This document shows positions 58,017-64,000 of a stretch of 64,000 nucleotides of DNA, piece by piece. The position numbers and the translations under genes are program-made. Every line of letters starts with the position of its first letter. Within the stretch, counting starts at the first letter, position 1. Origin of the DNA: Alphaproteobacteria bacterium (GTDB lineage: Bacteria; Pseudomonadota; Alphaproteobacteria; Puniceispirillales; Puniceispirillaceae); the NCBI GenBank assembly GCA_016780765.1, contig JADHLH010000001.1, positions 3,487-67,486 on the forward strand, in the 5' to 3' direction. The notes beneath the pieces are model-generated. The model had not been told where the DNA came from. It did no database searches and saw only the letters and a program-made list of their open reading frames with translations.

Positions 58017-59267
58017 ATGCGGTATTCTGCTTTCAAGATTCTGAAAGAGGCGCTGACCGGTAACAGGGGCTGGAAACCTGTGTGGCGGCATCCCGAACCG
58101 AACCCCGAATATGACATCATCATTGTTGGCGGTGGCGGGCATGGCCTTGCGACGGCCTATTACCTTGCCAAACGTTTTGGCCTGACCAATGTGGCGGTGC
58201 TTGAAAAGGGATGGCTTGGATCAGGCAATATCGGTCGTAACACAACGATCATCCGGTCCAACTACCTTCTTGAGGGCAACCAGCCTTTTTACGAGCTGTC
58301 GCTGAAACTGTGGGAAGGGCTGGAACAGGATTTCAACTATAATGCCATGGTCAGCCAGCGCGGCATCATGAACCTGATCCACAGCGATGCGCAGCGGGAT
58401 GCCTTTGTACGGCGGGGCAATGCAATGCGCCTGTCGGGTGCAGATGCGGTGATTCTTGACCGTGATGGCATTCGCGAAAAATGCCCGTTCCTTGATTTCG
58501 ACAATGCGCGCTTTCCCATTCAGGGTGCGATCTGGCAACCGCGCGGGGGCACCGTGCGTCATGATGCTGTTGCCTGGGGATATGCGCGCGGGGCCGATGA
58601 GCGCGGTGTCGACATCATCCAGAATTGTGAGGTCACCGGTTTCCAGATCGAAAATGGTGTCTGCCACGGTGTCGAAACTTCCAAGGGACCCATTCGCGCC
58701 AAGAAAATTGCTGTGTGCGTGGCCGGTTCGTCCTCGCGTGTGATGGAAAAGGCCGGCATGCGGCTGCCGATCGAGAGCCATGTCTTGCAGGCCTTTGTCT
58801 CTGAAGGGCTGAAACCTGTCATCCCCGGGGTAATCACCTTTGGTGCCGGGCATTTCTATGTCAGCCAGTCCAACAAGGGGGGGCTGGTGTTTGGTGGTGA
58901 TATCGACGGCTATAACAGCTATGCGCAGCGCGGTAATCTGCCCGTTGTCGAAGATGTCTGCGAAGGCGGCATGGCGATCATGCCGATGATCGGACGGGCC
59001 CGCCTGCTGCGCATGTGGGGCGGTATCATGGACATGTCGATGGATGGATCTCCCTTCATCGACAAGACCGGCATTGACGGTTTGTATTTCAATGGTGGCT
59101 GGTGCTATGGCGGTTTCAAGGCCACGCCGGCATCTGGCTTTTGCTATGCGCATCTGCTGGCGACGGGGGCGCCGCATCCGGTGGCGCAGCATTATCGACT
59201 GGACCGGTTCCTGCGCGGCGCGGCGATTGACGAAAAAGGGTCCGGTGCGCAGCCGAACCTGCATTAG
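58017..59267 (+). CDS. soxB: Heterotetrameric sarcosine oxidase beta subunit
   Basis: GGGGHGLATAYYLA, GRNTTIIRSNY, RHDAVAWGYA and GGFKATP motifs; AAGGA upstream. Confidence 0.96.
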   Translation: MRYSAFKILKEALTGNRGWKPVWRHPEPNPEYDIIIVGGGGHGLATAYYLAKRFGLTNVAVLEKGWLGSGNIGRNTTIIRSNYLLEGNQPFYELSLKLWEGLEQDFNYNAMVSQRGIMNLIHSDAQRDAFVRRGNAMRLSGADAVILDRDGIREKCPFLDFDNARFPIQGAIWQPRGGTVRHDAVAWGYARGADERGVDIIQNCEVTGFQIENGVCHGVETSKGPIRAKKIAVCVAGSSSRVMEKAGMRLPIESHVLQAFVSEGLKPVIPGVITFGAGHFYVSQSNKGGLVFGGDIDGYNSYAQRGNLPVVEDVCEGGMAIMPMIGRARLLRMWGGIMDMSMDGSPFIDKTGIDGLYFNGGWCYGGFKATPASGFCYAHLLATGAPHPVAQHYRLDRFLRGAAIDEKGSGAQPNLH

Positions 59268-59280
59268 CACGGGGTGAAAG

Positions 59281-59565
59281 ATGATTATTGAACATCCCCT
59301 GCTTGGCCCCCGCGATGCCGCAGAATTCGTGTATCTTGGCGATGCGGCGATGATTGATCGCCCGGATGGCATGACCGTCGATGATACTGGCATGCATGAT
59401 TACATGTATCTGCGCGACAACCCGGCAGGTGACATCCGTGAATTATGGTATCACGAACAGGGTGACAGATCGTGGCTGGTCGTCACACGCAACACCATCA
59501 CACATGAAATCACCAAGGTTGAACTGGCCCGTGATGTGGCGCGCCGGTCAGGACGGTCAAGATGA
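59281..59565 (+). CDS. soxD: Sarcosine oxidase delta subunit
   Basis: HPLLGPRD..EF.Y.GDA, YLRDNPAG and ELWYHEQG motifs; lacks the zinc-binding cysteines. Confidence 0.92.
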   Translation: MIIEHPLLGPRDAAEFVYLGDAAMIDRPDGMTVDDTGMHDYMYLRDNPAGDIRELWYHEQGDRSWLVVTRNTITHEITKVELARDVARRSGRSR

Positions 59566-62465
59566 GCCAGCCAAACCGCATTGCAGGCGGCCAGATTGAC
59601 GATAAGCATGCGCTGTCATTTCGCTGGAATGGCCGCAATCTGACTGGCTATGCCGGTGATACGCTGGCATCGGCCTTGTTGGCCAACGGCATCCGTCTCG
59701 TTGGCCGGTCCTTTAAATATCATCGGCCGCGCGGCATTTTTTCGTCCGGATCAGAAGAGCCGAATGCGCTTGTTCAGCTGCGTGAAGGCGCGGCGCAGGA
59801 ACCCAACACGCGCGCCACCATGGTTGAGCTGTTTGACGGACTTGTCGCCACAAGCCAGAATCATCGTGGCGCGCTCGAGTGGGATTTGCTGGCGATCAAT
59901 GACCTGATATCGCCGCTGCTGAGCGCCGGGTTTTATTACAAGACATTCATGTGGCCCAAGGCATTCTGGGAAAAGCTGTATGAACCGGTCATAAGGTCAG
60001 CCGCCGGCCTTGGTCGCCTGTCCGAGCTGGCCGATCCGGATATATATGATCACGGGTTCCTGCATTGCGACCTTCTGGTCATAGGCGCTGGACCGGCCGG
60101 TCTGACTGCGGCGCGCGCTGCCGCCCGTGCCGGGTGCCGGGTGATCCTGGCTGATGAAGATTTTCGCATGGGCGGGCGGCTGAACGCCGAAACCCACGCG
60201 GTGGCAGATATGCCGGGGGCCGAATGGGCATCCGCAACATGTGCCGAACTTGCCAGCATGCCGAATGTCCGCATGATGCCGCGCACAACAATTTACGGTG
60301 CTTTCGATCACGGTATCTATGGCGGAATTGAACGCAAAACCGATCATCTGGTCGATTCTGCCGGCAAGCCGCGACAGGTGCTGTGGCGGATCATGTCAAA
60401 ACGTGCCCTGCTATGTGCAGGTGCCACCGAAAGGTCCATAGCCTTTGCCAATAATGACCGGCCAGGCGTGATGCTGGCGGGTGGCGTTCGCAGCTATGTA
60501 AACCGGTATGGCGTTGCGCCGGGGCAGCAGGTTGCTGTCTTCACAAACAATTCGGACGGATTGCGTACCGCCGCCGATCTTGAGGCAAAAGGCATTGCGG
60601 TCAGTGCGGTGATTGATGCGCGCAAGGGCGATGCCGTCATAGACACAAGCGGGCGCAAGGGACTGCGGTCCCTGAGGCTGAATGACGGGCGAAAGATCAG
60701 CGCCGACTGTCTGGCGGTTTCCGGGGGATGGTCACCGAATGTCAATCTGACCTGCCACCATAGGGGCAGACCGGTGTGGAACGATGGCATCATGGGATTC
60801 GTGCCCGCGGGCGATCTGCCACCCGGGCTTTCGGTTGCCGGCGCGGCAAATGGCACAATGACGCTGGCCAGCGTGATTGCCGAGGCACATGATGCCGCAA
60901 AAATGATTGCCTGCGATCTGGGGCATGCGCGCGGTGCCGGCAAGGCGCCGACCAGCAGTGACGAGACGTATGAGGCCAGCGCCATCTGGCATGTCGGCGG
61001 GTCACAGGCGCGCGCCTGGGTCGATCTGCAGAACGATGTCACGACCAAAGATATCAAACAATCCATGGAAGAAGGGTTTCAGGCGGTCGAGCATGTAAAG
61101 CGCTATACAACACTTGGCATGGCCACCGATCAGGGCAAGACATCGAACACGCTTGGCATTGCGATCATGGCAGCAGCAAGCGGCAATGCCATCCCGGACA
61201 CCGGGACAACCGTCTATCGTCCTCCCTATACACCGGTCTCGATTGGCGCATTTGCAGGCCGCTCGCGAGGCAAGGATTTCCGGCCATTTCGGCTGACACC
61301 AAGCCATGAGTGGGCGCTCGCAAATGGCGCTGATTTTGTTGAGACAGGTATGTGGTTGCGGGCGCAATGGTTCAAACGCCCGGGCGAGGCAGGGTGGCGC
61401 GACAGTGTGGACAGGGAAGTTGCGATGACCCGCGCGTCGGTTGGCATCTGCGATGTGACAACCCTGGGCAAGATCGATATTCAGGGCCGTGATGCAGCCG
61501 AATTTCTGAACCGGGTGTATTCGAACCCGTTCCTTAAGCTGCCCGTTGGCAAAGTGCGCTACGGGCTGATGCTGCGCGAGGACGGCATTGTCTATGATGA
61601 CGGCACCTGCGCGCGGCTGGCCGAAACGCATTATGTGATGACAACCACAACGGCAAATGCCGGTACCGTCTTTCGCAAGCTGGAATTCGCCCGTCAGTGT
61701 CTGTGGCCTGATCTGGATGTTCATCTGATCTCGACCACCGATGGCTGGGCGCAGTTCGCCGTTGCCGGGCCCAACAGCCGGGCACTGCTGTCGAAGGTGG
61801 TGGACAGCATGGATCTGTCGAATGAGGCATTCCCCTTCATGGCCTGCAGCGAATGCAGGGTGTTTGGGGGTACGCCGGCGCGGCTGTTCCGGATTTCCTT
61901 CTCTGGCGAGCTTGCCTATGAAATTGCGGTGCCCGCCAGATATGGCCATGCGATGATGGGCGCGTTGATGCAGGTTGGCGAAGAGTTCAATGCCGTTCCC
62001 TATGGAACTGAGGCCCTTGGCGTGATGCGGATTGAAAAGGGTCACGCCGCCGGCAATGAACTGAACGGACAGACAACCGCCCATATGCTGGGACTTGGTG
62101 GCATGGTCTCAAGGAAAAAGGACTCCATCGGATCAAAACTGTCCGAGCGCCCCGAAATGATCCGCGATGATGGTCTGCGCCTTGTCGGGTTTCGGCCGGT
62201 CGATCGCACACAGATGCTGAGCGCGGGCGCACATTTTCTTGAAAAGGGCGCACCGGCGGATATGGCGCACGACCAGGGCTGGATGACATCTGTTGCCTAT
62301 TCACCTGAACTGGGACATTCGATCGGGATTGGCTATCTGAAACGCGGCGGTGAACGCTTTGGCGAGACCGTGCGTGCCTACAGCCCGGTCCGCAATCAGG
62401 ACATAATGGTGGAGATTTGTTCACCGCATCACATCGACCCGGAGGGAGAGCGTCAACGTGGCTGA
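59562..62465 (+). CDS. soxA: Sarcosine oxidase alpha subunit
   Basis: GDTLASALLANG, RSFKYHRPRG, KRYTTLGMATDQGK and a C-terminal GcvT-like folate-binding domain. Confidence 0.96.
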   Translation: MSQPNRIAGGQIDDKHALSFRWNGRNLTGYAGDTLASALLANGIRLVGRSFKYHRPRGIFSSGSEEPNALVQLREGAAQEPNTRATMVELFDGLVATSQNHRGALEWDLLAINDLISPLLSAGFYYKTFMWPKAFWEKLYEPVIRSAAGLGRLSELADPDIYDHGFLHCDLLVIGAGPAGLTAARAAARAGCRVILADEDFRMGGRLNAETHAVADMPGAEWASATCAELASMPNVRMMPRTTIYGAFDHGIYGGIERKTDHLVDSAGKPRQVLWRIMSKRALLCAGATERSIAFANNDRPGVMLAGGVRSYVNRYGVAPGQQVAVFTNNSDGLRTAADLEAKGIAVSAVIDARKGDAVIDTSGRKGLRSLRLNDGRKISADCLAVSGGWSPNVNLTCHHRGRPVWNDGIMGFVPAGDLPPGLSVAGAANGTMTLASVIAEAHDAAKMIACDLGHARGAGKAPTSSDETYEASAIWHVGGSQARAWVDLQNDVTTKDIKQSMEEGFQAVEHVKRYTTLGMATDQGKTSNTLGIAIMAAASGNAIPDTGTTVYRPPYTPVSIGAFAGRSRGKDFRPFRLTPSHEWALANGADFVETGMWLRAQWFKRPGEAGWRDSVDREVAMTRASVGICDVTTLGKIDIQGRDAAEFLNRVYSNPFLKLPVGKVRYGLMLREDGIVYDDGTCARLAETHYVMTTTTANAGTVFRKLEFARQCLWPDLDVHLISTTDGWAQFAVAGPNSRALLSKVVDSMDLSNEAFPFMACSECRVFGGTPARLFRISFSGELAYEIAVPARYGHAMMGALMQVGEEFNAVPYGTEALGVMRIEKGHAAGNELNGQTTAHMLGLGGMVSRKKDSIGSKLSERPEMIRDDGLRLVGFRPVDRTQMLSAGAHFLEKGAPADMAHDQGWMTSVAYSPELGHSIGIGYLKRGGERFGETVRAYSPVRNQDIMVEICSPHHIDPEGERQRG

Positions 62466-63024
62466 TATCAAACTCACAGCTGCAACGCTTTCCGCTGTCG
62501 GCGATATTGATATTGCCGGCAATCGCATCATCATCCGCGATGATCTGTCGCTGGTGTCTGTTGCCACCCCGCTAGGCGGCGAGGATGCTCTGAAGAAGAC
62601 ACTGACAGCTGCATTTGGTTTGAATATACCAGCTGCAACTCTGTCCAGCACGGCCAAGGGTATGCGCGCTGTCAGCATGGCACCTGATGCAATGTTGCTA
62701 ATTTTTGCGCATGCAACACCGGATGCCGAGATGCATGTCAGGGCAAAGCTGGGCGGGGCCGGCTATACGACCGACCAGACAGATTCAATGCTGGCAATCG
62801 AGGTGTCTGGGCCCGCCACTATGGCGGCCATGGAACGAATTTGTCCGCTGGATTTGCAGCATGGCAGCTTTGGCAAGAACGCCTCTGGACGAACGGTGAT
62901 GGAGCACATGGCCGCAACCATTATCGCGCTTGGCGATGCGCATTTTCTGCTTCTTACAGCCAGTTCCTCTGCCAAATCCTTTTTGCACGCGCTCGAAAAA
63001 TCCTATCGCAACGTCATCAGCTGA
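62458..63024 (+). CDS. soxG: Sarcosine oxidase gamma subunit (GTG start)
   Basis: Position after soxA; TDQTD, ERICPLDL and RTVMEH motifs. Confidence 0.88.
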   Translation: MADIKLTAATLSAVGDIDIAGNRIIIRDDLSLVSVATPLGGEDALKKTLTAAFGLNIPAATLSSTAKGMRAVSMAPDAMLLIFAHATPDAEMHVRAKLGGAGYTTDQTDSMLAIEVSGPATMAAMERICPLDLQHGSFGKNASGRTVMEHMAATIIALGDAHFLLLTASSSAKSFLHALEKSYRNVIS

Positions 63025-63250
63025 TCCGCCACTGGACTGGACCAGCTGAAAATGGAGCGGCATCCACTGTATCACCGTCGAAGAGGGTATCTACCCATTC
63101 CACCCACGCCGATGTGCAATCCAAACGAAACAGTGTGATGCCGTGATCATTATGACCGATGAAGGCCGGATATTACTGCCCTTCAAAAGTCAGATGCTGT
63201 GCGTCGGACGGTTTGTCGAGGGCGAAATCAGCATTGTCGGTAATCACCGC

Positions 63251-63279
63251 TTGCAAGCGCCAGTGGCTTGAATTATACC
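63251..63279 (+). promoter_or_regulatory. Sigma70-type promoter for tRNA-Gly
   Basis: TTGCAA-N17-TATACC about 45 bp upstream of the tRNA. Confidence 0.5.
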
Positions 63280-63323
63280 GACGAGACGCGTTTTATTATG
63301 GCTGCTTGTCCAATATCGCCATC

Positions 63324-63398
63324 GCGGGTGTAGCTCAGGGGTAGAGCACAACCTTGCCAAGGTTGGGGTCGAGGGTTCGAATCCCTTCACCCGCTCCA
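63324..63398 (+). tRNA. tRNA-Gly (anticodon GCC)
   Basis: Acceptor stem GCGGGTG/CACCCGC, anticodon arm CAACC-TTGCCAA-GGTTG, T arm GAGGG-TTCGAAT-CCCTT, encoded CCA. Confidence 0.98.
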
Positions 63399-63486
63399 TT
63401 CTTCAGAATGGAACGTAGACTTTCGGCACTCTTTTCAACGCTTTGTAAGCATGTCATTCGCTTGCGTGTCGAAAAGAGTAGTACAA

Positions 63487-63732
63487 ATGGTAGGTTATAA
63501 TCCGCAGTTCACATACCGTAAGGACGGTGTGTTTTACTTCTCCCGCCGTATCCCCAAAGACATCAGAGATCGATACGAAGATGACAAGTTCGTCATGTCT
63601 CTTCGTACAAAGAGCCGTGAGGCAGCTGCCAAATCAGCTAGGGCGATCGCTGCTAGGTTGGATGAATACTGGGCGTCACTGCGTATTGCTAGATTATCTT
63701 TTCCGAAAATAGCGCCGATATCTTGCAGGTGA
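63487..63732 (+). pseudogene. Truncated integrase: DUF6538-like N-terminal domain only
   Basis: RKDGVFYFSRRIPKDI...SLRTKSREAA...LDEYW pattern typical of DUF6538 integrase N-termini; no catalytic domain; immediately downstream of a tRNA. Confidence 0.75.
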
Positions 63733-63869
63733 CGTGAAGTGGAGTAACAGAGCAATACCAAGCCAAAAAAACGCTAGGGCCCAATGTTGCAAAGAGACAT
63801 CCGTTCCACCTGTTTGTACTTTCCAAGCGACCGCAATCCCAATTATCGAGAGAAAAAATAAAAAGGTTT
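63694..63869 (-). pseudogene. 3' fragment of a membrane-protein gene cut by the IS
   Basis: Manual translation TFLFFLSIIGIAVAWKVQTGGTDVSLQHWALAFFWLGIALLLHFTSPARYRRYFRKR*: two hydrophobic helices and a basic tail, running up to the IS end with no plausible full-length start. Confidence 0.5.
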
Positions 63870-64000
63870 GGGGCTGTCCTAGATAACTCAGAATTGGGTT
63901 ATCATGGAGAGCATGAGAAAGTCACGGATAAGTCAGGTTAAGCAAGATCGTCTTCTTGAGCATTTTGTTGCAGGAACGACCGCACGAACAGCTGCGAGTT
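63870..64000 (+). mobile_element. IS1595-family (IS1016 group) insertion sequence, left end
   Basis: Terminal sequence GGGGCTGTCCTAGATAACT resembles IS1016 ends; transposase start follows at 63913. Confidence 0.85.
63913..64000 (+). CDS. IS1016-like transposase, N-terminus (runs off window)
   Basis: MRKSRISQVKQDRLLEHFVAGTTARTAAS closely resembles the IS1016 transposase start (MRKSRLSQ.KQ..L.E.FVAG.TARTAA); GGAG upstream. Confidence 0.88.
   Translation, partial: MRKSRISQVKQDRLLEHFVAGTTARTAAS

Noticed and set aside
58221-62084. Long minus-strand ORFs (390 and 360 aa) within the sox cluster
   Set aside because: Antisense to soxB and soxA; expected from codon bias in GC-rich genes.
58017-63024. 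sox genes read as sulfur oxidation
   Set aside because: Motifs are those of heterotetrameric sarcosine oxidase; only the gene names coincide.
63159-63344. 61-aa ORF upstream of the tRNA
   Set aside because: Overlaps the tRNA and its promoter; no protein-like features.

Overview
This is a gene-dense core-genome segment of an alphaproteobacterium. A marine SAR116/Puniceispirillales-like lineage is plausible from the gene order and the sarcosine oxidase cluster, but that is inference only. From left to right it carries: the obgE 3' end, proB-proA-nadD-rsfS-rlmH-gpmI-ctpA-rppH; atpHAGDC and priA on the minus strand; transaldolase and xerC; the TCA supercluster sdhCDAB-zapE-mdh-sucCD-sucAB-lpdA; pyridoxal kinase; ffh-rpsP-rimM-trmD-rplS-leuC-leuD-leuB-asd; a YdcF/DUF218 gene; dapF-mtaB-ftsY; aminotransferase-ftsK-lolA-xth; a gmhB-like phosphatase plus a UbiH-family hydroxylase; proX-cnoX-LON_N-trm112-DUF971; a stand-alone Gfo/Idh/MocA + DegT pair (GnnA/GnnB-like); a GlxA-type AraC regulator divergent from soxBDAG; and tRNA-Gly(GCC). 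The last ~600 bp mark the edge of a decayed island: a truncated DUF6538 integrase N-terminus, a minus-strand membrane-protein gene fragment absent from the ORF track, and the left end of an IS1016-like (IS1595 family) element. I cannot support a convincing new multi-gene system here. The best leads are (i) the nested tRNA-Gly island edge, (ii) a pervasive signature of 12-20 bp tandem duplications in promoters, across stop codons and inside proteins, and (iii) the orphan GnnAB-like pair, suggesting diamino-glucose lipid A. Start codons were refined by eye where the ORF track over-extends.
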